Shown here in pieces: positions 55,774-64,000 of a stretch of 64,000 bases of DNA. Location of the stretch: NCBI GenBank assembly GCA_021648755.1, contig JAKISG010000010.1:7017-71016 (forward strand), read 5' to 3'. How positions within the stretch are numbered: position 1 is the first letter of the stretch; each line of letters begins with the position of its first letter. The DNA comes from Flavobacteriaceae bacterium. Lineage in GTDB: Bacteria; Bacteroidota; Bacteroidia; Flavobacteriales; Flavobacteriaceae. The translations under genes were made by a program, and so were the position numbers. The notes below the pieces were generated by a model. That model did not search any database. It was given only the letters and a program-made list of their open reading frames with translations, and was not told where the DNA came from.

Positions 55774-57051
55774 ATGATTACAACATTATATACCTTGTTC
55801 TTAAAAAGTAAAGGCGTTAGTACAGATACTAGAAAAATTATAAAAAAATCCCTTTTTTTTGCCTTAAAAGGAGAAAAGTACAATGCAAATAAATTTGCTT
55901 TAGAGGCCTTAAAAAAAGGAGCATCTTATGCTGTGGTCGATGAAAAAAAATACCAAACAGATAAAAGAATTATTTTAGTAAACAATGTGTTAAAAGCATT
56001 ACAAAGCCTAGCAACACATCATAGAAAAGAGTTAGATATATCTATAATTTCATTAACTGGTAGTAACGGTAAAACTACAACAAAAGAACTTATAGATGCG
56101 GTACTTACAACAACGTTTAATACAACAGCAACAAAAGGTAATTTAAACAATCATATTGGTGTACCCCTAACTTTATTATCTATGACAAAACAAACGGAAA
56201 TAGGTGTAGTAGAATTCGGAGCAAACCACTCTAAAGAAATTGCCTTTTTATGTAATATAACAAAGCCAAACTATGGTTATATCACTAATTTTGGTAAAGC
56301 ACATTTAGAAGGTTTTGGCTCTTTAGAAGGTGTAATAAATGCAAAAACAGAATTATATACCTATTTAAAAGAAAATAAGCAAACTGTTTTTATAAATATA
56401 AACGATACAGTTCAAGTAGAAAGATCAAAAGGAATTAAAAAAATAATTACTTTTGGACAAAAAACAGCAACTTATACCATTGAGTTTGTAGATGCTAATC
56501 CGTTTGTTATTATTAAAGTAAACAATATAATAATAACAACTAAACTTATAGGGAGTTATAATTTTAGTAATATAGCCATTGCCATTACAATTGGGTTACA
56601 CTTTAAAATTAATATAGAAACAATAAAGAATGCTTTAGAAAATTATACACCAAATAATAATAGATCACAAATAATAGACTTAAAATCAAATAAAATTATT
56701 TTAGATGCCTATAATGCAAACCCAACAAGTATGCAATGTGCAATAGATAATTTTGATACTATAAAAGACACTCGTAAAATGGCTATTTTAGGTGATATGT
56801 TTGAATTAGGAGATTACGCTAAAACTGAGCATCAAAATATAGTAGACTTAGTAAATAAATCTACTATTGATAAAATTTATTTATTAGGTGAAAATTTTCA
56901 TAAAACTATAATTAATTCTGATAAAATTCAAAAATTCAAAACTTTTACCGCTTTTGAATCAGAATTTAAAAAACTAAAAATTACAAATATTTCCATATTA
57001 ATAAAAGCATCAAGAGGTATGGCTTTAGAGCGTGTTTTAGATTTAATTTAA
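55774..57051 (+). CDS. murF: UDP-N-acetylmuramoyl-tripeptide--D-alanyl-D-alanine ligase
   Basis: 425-aa Mur ligase with P-loop LTGSNGKTTTKE and DAYNANP. Confidence 0.9.
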   Translation: MITTLYTLFLKSKGVSTDTRKIIKKSLFFALKGEKYNANKFALEALKKGASYAVVDEKKYQTDKRIILVNNVLKALQSLATHHRKELDISIISLTGSNGKTTTKELIDAVLTTTFNTTATKGNLNNHIGVPLTLLSMTKQTEIGVVEFGANHSKEIAFLCNITKPNYGYITNFGKAHLEGFGSLEGVINAKTELYTYLKENKQTVFININDTVQVERSKGIKKIITFGQKTATYTIEFVDANPFVIIKVNNIIITTKLIGSYNFSNIAIAITIGLHFKINIETIKNALENYTPNNNRSQIIDLKSNKIILDAYNANPTSMQCAIDNFDTIKDTRKMAILGDMFELGDYAKTEHQNIVDLVNKSTIDKIYLLGENFHKTIINSDKIQKFKTFTAFESEFKKLKITNISILIKASRGMALERVLDLI

Positions 57052-57151
57052 GTTTTTTAAAATTTACTTCTAATTTGATTATTATACAACAATAAGTAAA
57101 ATTGATAACTTTATAAAGAATAGATATTTAATTATAGCAAGTAAAGTATAG

Positions 57152-57167
57152 TAATTTTGTAGATTTG
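57152..57167 (+). promoter_or_regulatory. Two adjacent candidate -7 boxes (TAATTTTG, TAGATTTG) for the peroxiredoxin gene
   Basis: Both are exact TAnnTTTG matches, 38-46 nt upstream of ATG 57205. Confidence 0.35.
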
Positions 57168-57204
57168 TACCTGTAAATAATAATAATTTTAAAATAATAT
57201 AATT

Positions 57205-57843
57205 ATGGCATTAGTAGGTAGAAAATTTCCAAATATTGCAGTAGATGCAATGAATGCAATGGGAGACACGTTTAAGGTAAATATCTTTGAAGAAGCAGTA
57301 AATAAAGGTAAAAAAGTATTACTTTTTTGGTATCCAAAAGACTTTACATTTGTTTGTCCAACAGAAATCAGAGCATTTCAAGATGCGTTAGCAGATTTTG
57401 AAAAAAGAAATACGATAGTTATCGGAGCATCTTGTGACACACCAGAGGTTCATTTTGCGTGGTTAAATACAAGTAAAGATGATGGAGGTATTGAAGGAGT
57501 GACTTTTCCGTTATTAGCAGATACAAATAGAAACTTATCTACATTGTTAGATATTTTAGATATTGAAGCAGGAGAATATGATGAAGAAAATGATTTAGTT
57601 CTAGTTGAAGGCTCTAACGTTACATTTAGAGCAACTTATTTAATTGATGAAGAAGGTAAAATCTTTCATGAAAGTGTAAATGATATGCCTTTAGGAAGAA
57701 ATGTAGCAGAATACTTACGTTTAGTAGATGCTTATACACATGTACAAGAAAAAGGAGAAGTGTGTCCAGCAAACTGGGAAGAAGGAAAAGACGCAATGAG
57801 TGCAACAAGAGATGGTGTTGCTGCATATTTAAGTTCACATTAA
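57205..57843 (+). CDS. Typical 2-Cys peroxiredoxin (AhpC/Tsa family)
   Basis: Peroxidatic Cys in FTFVCPTE and resolving Cys in GEVCPANW. Confidence 0.92.
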   Translation: MALVGRKFPNIAVDAMNAMGDTFKVNIFEEAVNKGKKVLLFWYPKDFTFVCPTEIRAFQDALADFEKRNTIVIGASCDTPEVHFAWLNTSKDDGGIEGVTFPLLADTNRNLSTLLDILDIEAGEYDEENDLVLVEGSNVTFRATYLIDEEGKIFHESVNDMPLGRNVAEYLRLVDAYTHVQEKGEVCPANWEEGKDAMSATRDGVAAYLSSH

Positions 57844-57853
57844 TATAAATTAG

Positions 57854-57892
57854 CAGTGTTCAGTTAACAAGTAAACTGTCAACTGAACACTG
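57854..57892 (+). terminator. 12-bp perfect hairpin between the peroxiredoxin and thioredoxin genes (terminator/attenuator or processing site)
   Basis: CAGTGTTCAGTT (57854-57865) pairs with AACTGAACACTG (57881-57892). There is no T-run. Confidence 0.5.
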
Positions 57893-57913
57893 AATAGTAA
57901 AAACTAGAAAAGC

Positions 57914-58222
57914 ATGTTAATAGAATTACAAGAAGATAATTTAGCAAAAATAATTGCAGATAACAATAAAGTTATGGTGCAATATATGGCAACTTGGTGT
58001 GGCAACTGTAGAATAATGAAACCTAAATTTAAGAAATTAGCAGATGAGAACGAAACCATACCTTTTGTTTTAGTAGATGCTGAGAAATTTCCAGAATCAA
58101 GAAAATTAGCAATAGTTGATAATTTACCAACTTTTGCCTCTTTTAAAGATGGTAAAAAACTAAATCAAACACAAACCAATAAGTTTGATGTTTTAAAAAG
58201 TTTAGTTAATGAAGTAGTTTAA
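57914..58222 (+). CDS. Thioredoxin-family protein
   Basis: 102 aa with the redox motif WCGNC. Confidence 0.85.
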   Translation: MLIELQEDNLAKIIADNNKVMVQYMATWCGNCRIMKPKFKKLADENETIPFVLVDAEKFPESRKLAIVDNLPTFASFKDGKKLNQTQTNKFDVLKSLVNEVV

Positions 58223-58252
58223 TAAAATAGTAGATCATCAGCCCAATTAACC

Positions 58253-58516
58253 ATGAAAATACCAATAATTAAACAGTTTACAACTTTTATAGAAAATAAT
58301 GATGAAGATTATTTAATTGAGACTATTGAGGTTTTAGAAAATTTAACAGAAGTACCTTCATTAAAAGAAGAAGAACTAGATGTTATAGGTGAGTTAATTT
58401 CTAATATGTACGGAGCACTAGAAGTACATAAAGAAATTAAAAAAGGATCTTCAAAAAGAGAAGCCCTTAACGGTTTTATGAAACGAGTTTTGGGCTCTAT
58501 TGATAAAAAACGCTAA
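58253..58516 (+). CDS. Hypothetical small acidic protein
   Basis: 87-aa ORF co-directional with the thioredoxin gene. I recognise no motif. Confidence 0.5.
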   Translation: MKIPIIKQFTTFIENNDEDYLIETIEVLENLTEVPSLKEEELDVIGELISNMYGALEVHKEIKKGSSKREALNGFMKRVLGSIDKKR

Positions 58517-58677
58517 TGCTTAGAAACAGTTAGATAAAAAAGACCTTTTAGTTATTGCATAAACCTCTAGACTACATCGTTAACTTTTGTTAAGTTCTAA
58601 ATCAGGAAAAATGTAATTTTTGATCATGTATTTAGAAAGAATATATTTTTTTGCTTAAAAACTATAGATTAAAGATT

Positions 58678-58685
58678 TATCTTTG
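58678..58685 (+). promoter_or_regulatory. Candidate -7 box (TATCTTTG) for pheT
   Basis: Exact TAnnTTTG match 28 nt upstream of ATG 58713. Confidence 0.3.
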
Positions 58686-58712
58686 CCTTTGAAAAAAAAT
58701 AAATAAAAACGA

Positions 58713-61139
58713 ATGAAAATAGCATATAATTGGCTTAAAGAATTTTTAGAATTTGATTTAGAGATTGAAAAAATAAGCGAATTACTTACAGATTTAGGAT
58801 TAGAAGTTGAAGGAATTAAAAAAATTGAATCTATAAAAGGAAGTTTAAAAGGAATTGTTGTTGGTAAAGTTTTGACCTGTGAGCAACACCCAAATGCAGA
58901 TAAATTAAAAGTAACAACGGTTGCTATTGGTACAAAAGAACCTATACAAATTGTTTGTGGTGCTAGTAATGTTTCGCAAGGACAAAATGTTGCAGTAGCA
59001 ACAGTTGGAGCAGTACTTTATAATGAAAATGAAGATTCGTTTACAATAAAAAAATCAAAAATAAGAGGAGAAGTTAGTAACGGAATGATTTGTGCTGAAG
59101 ACGAATTAGGCTTAGGTAAAAGCCATGACGGAATTATTGTTTTAGCTACAAATCTAAAGCCAGGAACACCCTTAGCAGAAGTATATAAAATAGAAACAGA
59201 TTTTGTTTTTGAAATTGGCTTGACACCAAATAGAGCAGATGCAATGAGTCACTACGGTGTTGCTAGAGATTTATGTGCTGGTTTATTACAAAAAGACATT
59301 AAAACTATTGTTATTACACCTTCGGTAAGTGATTTTTATGTCGAAGAAAGAACGAATAGAATAGAAATTGAAGTAACCAATACTACATTAATACCAAGAT
59401 ATGCAGGTGTTACCATCTCTAACATTAAAGTTAAAGACTCACCTAATTGGCTACAAAACAAATTAAAAATAATTGGCTTAACACCAATTAATAATATCGT
59501 TGATATTACAAATTATGTAATGCATAGTATTGGTCAACCATTACACGCTTTTGATATTAGTAAAATTGCTGGCGCTAAAATTGTGGTAAAAACACTACCA
59601 AATAAAACCAAAATCACTACATTAGATACTATAGAAAGAACATTACACCAAGACGATATTATAATATGTGATGCTAATGATAACCCGCTATGTATTGCAG
59701 GAGTTTATGGAGGATTAGACTCTGGTGTTACAGATAGTACAACTACAATATTTTTAGAAAGCGCTTATTTTGACCCAGTTTCTATTCGTAAAACAGCAAA
59801 AAGACATCAATTAAATACCGATGCTTCGTTTAGATTTGAAAGAGGAATTGACCCAAACTTAGTAGAAATTGCATTAAAATATGCAACACTATTAATTCAG
59901 AAAATTGCTGGCGGAAAAGTTACTTCAGAAATAACAGATATTTATCCAAATAAAATTGAAAATCATGAAATTTTAGTTTCGTTTGAAAATATCAATAAAC
60001 TAATAGGAAATAAAATATCAGCAGATACCATTAAAAATATTTTAGCATCGCTAGATATAAAAATAATTAGTCAAACAAAATCAAAATTAGGATTAATTGT
60101 ACCAGCATACAGAGTTGATGTAACTCGTGAAGCAGATATTGTAGAAGAAATATTACGAATTTATGGTTACAATAACATAAAAACTTCTGAGAAAGTAAAT
60201 ACATCAATACCCTATTTTGAAAAATACGATGCAAACACGCTACAAAATATTATTGCCAACCAATTAACCGCTTTGGGTTTTTATGAAACCATGACAAACT
60301 CTTTAACTAAACCAAACTATATAGAATTAGCTAATTTAAATAAAGAAGCAAATGTTACGATGTTAAACCCTTTAAGTAATGATTTGGCAACAATGCGACA
60401 AACTATGTTATTTAGTGGTTTAGAAGCAATAATTTATAATATAAATCGAAAAAAAAATAATTTAAAACTATTTGAATTTGGTAATACATATCATAAATTT
60501 AAAGATAATTATGAAGAACAAAAACATATAACCTTATTGGTTACTGGTAATAAAACAAATGATAATTGGATTACCACAAATCAAAAATCAGATTTCTTTT
60601 ACTTTAAAGGAATTGTAACTACTGTTTTAGAACGTTTAGGTTTTAACAATTTAAAAATTACACCAATAAAAAACACTGCTTTTTCTGAAGGAATTAATTT
60701 TAGTAAAGGCAAATTAAAACTAGTAGAATTTGGTTTAGTAAATCAAAAAATAATAAAAAAATTCGGAATTAAACAAGAAGTGCTTTTTGCTGACTTTGAT
60801 TTTAACGCAATACTGAAAATAATAAAAAAAGATAATTTTCCAGTTACTAATTTACCTAAATACCCTGTTGTTAAAAGAGATTTAGCCTTATTGATTGATG
60901 AAAAATGTAGTTTTAAAGAAATTTATAATATTGCATTTCAAACAGAGCAAAAACTATTAAAAACAGTAGACCTGTTTGACGTCTATAAAGGCAAAAATCT
61001 ACCAAAAGGTAAAAAATCTTATGCCGTAAGTTTTTTATTACAAGATAAAAATAAAACTTTAGAAGACAAACAAATAGATAAAATAATGCAAAAATTGCAA
61101 ACAACTTTTACGAAACAGTTGGGAGCAGAGTTAAGATAA
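58713..61139 (+). CDS. pheT: Phenylalanine--tRNA ligase beta subunit
   Basis: 808 aa. N-terminal MKIAYNWLKEF, tRNA-binding domain HPNADKLKV, B3/4 and B5 regions. Confidence 0.95.
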   Translation: MKIAYNWLKEFLEFDLEIEKISELLTDLGLEVEGIKKIESIKGSLKGIVVGKVLTCEQHPNADKLKVTTVAIGTKEPIQIVCGASNVSQGQNVAVATVGAVLYNENEDSFTIKKSKIRGEVSNGMICAEDELGLGKSHDGIIVLATNLKPGTPLAEVYKIETDFVFEIGLTPNRADAMSHYGVARDLCAGLLQKDIKTIVITPSVSDFYVEERTNRIEIEVTNTTLIPRYAGVTISNIKVKDSPNWLQNKLKIIGLTPINNIVDITNYVMHSIGQPLHAFDISKIAGAKIVVKTLPNKTKITTLDTIERTLHQDDIIICDANDNPLCIAGVYGGLDSGVTDSTTTIFLESAYFDPVSIRKTAKRHQLNTDASFRFERGIDPNLVEIALKYATLLIQKIAGGKVTSEITDIYPNKIENHEILVSFENINKLIGNKISADTIKNILASLDIKIISQTKSKLGLIVPAYRVDVTREADIVEEILRIYGYNNIKTSEKVNTSIPYFEKYDANTLQNIIANQLTALGFYETMTNSLTKPNYIELANLNKEANVTMLNPLSNDLATMRQTMLFSGLEAIIYNINRKKNNLKLFEFGNTYHKFKDNYEEQKHITLLVTGNKTNDNWITTNQKSDFFYFKGIVTTVLERLGFNNLKITPIKNTAFSEGINFSKGKLKLVEFGLVNQKIIKKFGIKQEVLFADFDFNAILKIIKKDNFPVTNLPKYPVVKRDLALLIDEKCSFKEIYNIAFQTEQKLLKTVDLFDVYKGKNLPKGKKSYAVSFLLQDKNKTLEDKQIDKIMQKLQTTFTKQLGAELR

Positions 61140-61192
61140 TAGTTTACTAACTTTTAAGGTTCATAAAACCCAAAAATCATAACCTTATTTTA

Positions 61193-62209
61193 ATGTATAG
61201 ACAACTAATAAGACCAATCCTATTTTTATTTGATGCTGAAAAAATACATCATTTTACGTTCTTTTTATTAAAATATGGATTTAAAATTCCGTTTCTAAAA
61301 TCTTTAGTACGTAAAAAATTTGAAGTAAATAATAAACACTTAGTAAAAACAGTTTTCGGATTAGATTTTAAAAATCCAGTAGGTTTAGCTGCAGGTTTCG
61401 ATAAAAACGCACTCCTAATTGATGAACTTGCTTGCTTTGGATTTGGATTTATAGAAATCGGTACAGTTACACCAAAACCCCAAATAGGTAACCCTAAGAA
61501 AAGACTATTTAGACTAAAAAAAGATCGAGCAATTATTAACAGAATGGGTTTTAATAATGATGGTGTAACCAGTATAGTTGAAAGACTAAAAAAAGTAAAA
61601 TCTACAATTATTATTGGTGGAAATATTGGTAAAAATAAAACAACACCAAATGAAAATGCAGTTAATGATTATGTTATTTGCTTCAATAAGCTATTTGAAT
61701 TTGTAGATTACTTTGTAGTTAATGTAAGTTCACCAAACACACCTAATTTAAGAGCCTTACAAGATAAAAAACCACTATCAAAAATATTAAATACATTACA
61801 AAACTTAAATAATAAAAAAAATAAGCCAAAACCAATATTGTTGAAAATTGCACCCGATTTAACCAATACACAACTAGATGATATTGTAGAAATTGTTACT
61901 ACAACAAAAATAGCAGGAGTAATTGCTACAAACACAACCACCAAAAGAGATAATCTGCAATCTGACAATAAAAGAGAGGCAGGAGGCTTAAGCGGAAAAC
62001 CTTTAACAAATAAAGCAACTCATGTAATTAACTATTTAGCAACTAAATCAAATAACGCGTTCCCGATAATTGGCGTTGGCGGAATTTATAATGAAATAGA
62101 TGCAAAAAATAAAATAGATGCAGGTGCAAATTTAGTGCAAGTCTTTTCAGGATTCATTTACCAAGGACCAAGTTTAGTAAAACAAATTTGTAAGTCAATA
62201 TCAATATAA
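61193..62209 (+). CDS. pyrD: Quinone-dependent dihydroorotate dehydrogenase (class 2)
   Basis: 338 aa with [21 protein letters not shown] and GVGGI motifs. Confidence 0.93.
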   Translation: MYRQLIRPILFLFDAEKIHHFTFFLLKYGFKIPFLKSLVRKKFEVNNKHLVKTVFGLDFKNPVGLAAGFDKNALLIDELACFGFGFIEIGTVTPKPQIGNPKKRLFRLKKDRAIINRMGFNNDGVTSIVERLKKVKSTIIIGGNIGKNKTTPNENAVNDYVICFNKLFEFVDYFVVNVSSPNTPNLRALQDKKPLSKILNTLQNLNNKKNKPKPILLKIAPDLTNTQLDDIVEIVTTTKIAGVIATNTTTKRDNLQSDNKREAGGLSGKPLTNKATHVINYLATKSNNAFPIIGVGGIYNEIDAKNKIDAGANLVQVFSGFIYQGPSLVKQICKSISI

Positions 62210-62339
62210 TACCAAGAACTTGACAGTCAATTAGGTCTTTGCAGTAGAAATACTCTTTCAAGACTTTACAAAACAATTTGAAATATATTTGCTCTAAATA
62301 TACTATTTTTAATTAATTTTGTACACTAAAACAAAAAAT

Positions 62340-63740
62340 ATGAATACTTACGATGTTACCGTTATTGGATCAGGCCCTGGAGGATATGTTGCAGCAATTA
62401 GATGTGCACAACTAGGATTAAAAACTGCAATTATAGAAAAATATAATACACTTGGTGGTACTTGTTTAAATGTTGGATGTATTCCATCAAAGGCATTATT
62501 AGACTCTTCGCATCATTATCACGATGCTTTGCATAATTTTGAAAAACACGGTATAAAAACAGGTAAATTAAGTGTTGATTTTAACCAAATGATAACACGT
62601 AAAAATGAGGTTGTTGCTCAAACTTGCGACGGTATTACCTTTTTAATGAATAAAAATAAAATTGATGTTTTTACAGGCGTAGGCAGTTTTAAAGACACCA
62701 CACATATTACCATTACTAAATCAGATAAATCTATAGAGACCATACAATCTAAACATACCATAATAGCAACTGGATCTAAACCAAGTACGTTACCTTTTAT
62801 TAAATTAGATAAAAAACGAGTAATAACTTCTACCGAGGCATTAAACTTAAAAAAAATACCAAAGCATTTAATAATCATTGGAGGTGGCGTTATTGGTCTA
62901 GAGTTAGGGTCGGTTTATAAACGTTTAGGAGCAGAGGTTTCCGTAATTGAATTTATGCCAGAAATTGTTGCAACTATGGATACGATGTTATCTAAAGAAT
63001 TAAAAAAATCACTTAGAAAGCAAGGTATTAAATTTTTTGTTTCTCATAAAGTAAATAATGTAAAATCAAACACAAAAGAAGTTACAGTTGCCGCAGCAAA
63101 TAAAAAAGGAGAAAATATAGTTTTTAAAGGCGATTACTGTTTAGTTTCTGTAGGGAGAAAACCTTATACTAATGGTTTAGGTTTAGAGAATGCAGGCGTA
63201 AAAATGACTGAAAGAGGACAGATAGAAACTAATGCACAATTACAAACTAATATTGCTAATATTTATGCCATTGGCGATGTTGTAAAAGGAGCAATGTTAG
63301 CACATAAAGCAAGTGAAGAAGGTGAATTTGTTGCCGAAGTAATTTCAGGTCAAAAACCACATATGGATTATAATTTAATTCCAGGCGTAGTTTATACCTG
63401 GCCAGAAGTTGCTACAGTAGGTAAAACAGAAGCCGAATTAAGAAAAGCAAAGACTGCTTATAAAGTGGGGTCTTTTCCGATGCGTGCCTTAGGTAGAGCA
63501 AGAGCAAGTATGGATTTAGAAGGACAGGTAAAAGTACTTGCCGATGCTAAAACCGATGAAATTTTAGGTGTTCACATGATTGGCGCTCGTGCTGCAGATA
63601 TGATTGCTGCTTGTGTTACTGCAATGGAATTTAGAGCCTCTAGTGAAGATATTGCAAGAACATCACATGCGCACCCTAGTTTTACTGAAGCTATAAAAGA
63701 GGCTTGTATGGCGGTAGAGGGTAGGGCGATACATTCTTAA
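62340..63740 (+). CDS. lpdA: Dihydrolipoyl dehydrogenase
   Basis: FAD motif VIGSGPGGY, redox disulfide GGTCLNVGCIPSK, C-terminal HAHPSFTE. ATG 62340 preferred. Confidence 0.93.
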   Translation: MNTYDVTVIGSGPGGYVAAIRCAQLGLKTAIIEKYNTLGGTCLNVGCIPSKALLDSSHHYHDALHNFEKHGIKTGKLSVDFNQMITRKNEVVAQTCDGITFLMNKNKIDVFTGVGSFKDTTHITITKSDKSIETIQSKHTIIATGSKPSTLPFIKLDKKRVITSTEALNLKKIPKHLIIIGGGVIGLELGSVYKRLGAEVSVIEFMPEIVATMDTMLSKELKKSLRKQGIKFFVSHKVNNVKSNTKEVTVAAANKKGENIVFKGDYCLVSVGRKPYTNGLGLENAGVKMTERGQIETNAQLQTNIANIYAIGDVVKGAMLAHKASEEGEFVAEVISGQKPHMDYNLIPGVVYTWPEVATVGKTEAELRKAKTAYKVGSFPMRALGRARASMDLEGQVKVLADAKTDEILGVHMIGARAADMIAACVTAMEFRASSEDIARTSHAHPSFTEAIKEACMAVEGRAIHS

Positions 63741-64000
63741 TTTGAAATTTCCGGAAATCAATATTTTTAATCATTGATTTGTGATACTCCTAAAAATGGA
63801 AATTTTAAAATCAAAATTTAATTTTGATATGTTTTTTTTAATAGGTATTACCAATTAAATTCGTAAAATTATAAATTTAGATACGCTTATTATGGATTGA
63901 AATATTAAATATAGCATAAGTATCTAAAACTAATAAACCTTTTATTATTCGATTTGGGTGAATATTTGCAATCCATTTTTTTGCATTATCAAATGCTTTT

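Noticed and set aside
63745-63840. A cluster of short palindromes after lpdA (ATTTCCGGAAAT, AATCAAT...ATTGATT, ATCAAAAT-TTA-ATTTTGAT followed by a T-run), considered as a special regulatory element.
   Set aside because: These are most simply terminator hairpins at the end of lpdA. The stems are short and AT-rich, and the window ends soon after, so the context is missing.
1-64000. tRNA, rRNA, tmRNA, RNase P or SRP RNA genes.
   Set aside because: I scanned the intergenic regions by eye and found no T-loop/acceptor-like GC-rich segments. All gaps are extremely AT-rich. This is not a substitute for tRNAscan or Infernal.

Overview
Very AT-rich chromosomal window (roughly 30% G+C by eye). Gene content and synteny are typical of Flavobacteriia (Bacteroidota): T9SS/gliding genes porV-porU divergent from gldJ-murF, TAnnTTTG-type -7 promoter boxes, acpP-fabF-rnc, rplM-rpsI-rpsB-tsf, and yceD-rpmF. 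About 90% of the window is ordinary housekeeping: translation, fatty-acid, cofactor, redox and transport genes. I found no rRNA, tRNA, CRISPR array, transposase or phage genes. The one clearly accessory segment lies at about 26.9-32.8 kb, between apaG and truA. It is a tightly packed, same-strand string of genes: a DUF4280 (PAAR-like) gene, then a 748-aa Lys/Glu-rich protein ending in a LAS/M15-type zinc peptidase module, then a lipoprotein. Next comes a 327-aa orphan ORF that starts with a near-identical (205/206 nt) copy of the junction segment of the large gene and ends in a diverged paralogous peptidase module, then a second unrelated lipoprotein, then a frameshifted third junction copy. 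I read this as a PAAR-like-headed polymorphic peptidoglycan-peptidase toxin/immunity array with orphan cassettes and built-in recombination repeats. Its secretion apparatus is not in the window. The DUF4280 gene and the large toxin gene look like a single reading frame split at an A6 run. Secondary oddities: a TonB-C-terminal-domain protein with four 90-bp tandem repeats, a (GAA)10 tract and poly-Lys homopolymer runs; a DnaQ/GIY-YIG nuclease gene whose catalytic ExoI motif lies upstream of any canonical start codon; a C39-peptidase ABC exporter cut by the window edge; and a K+ channel with a C-terminal zinc ribbon.
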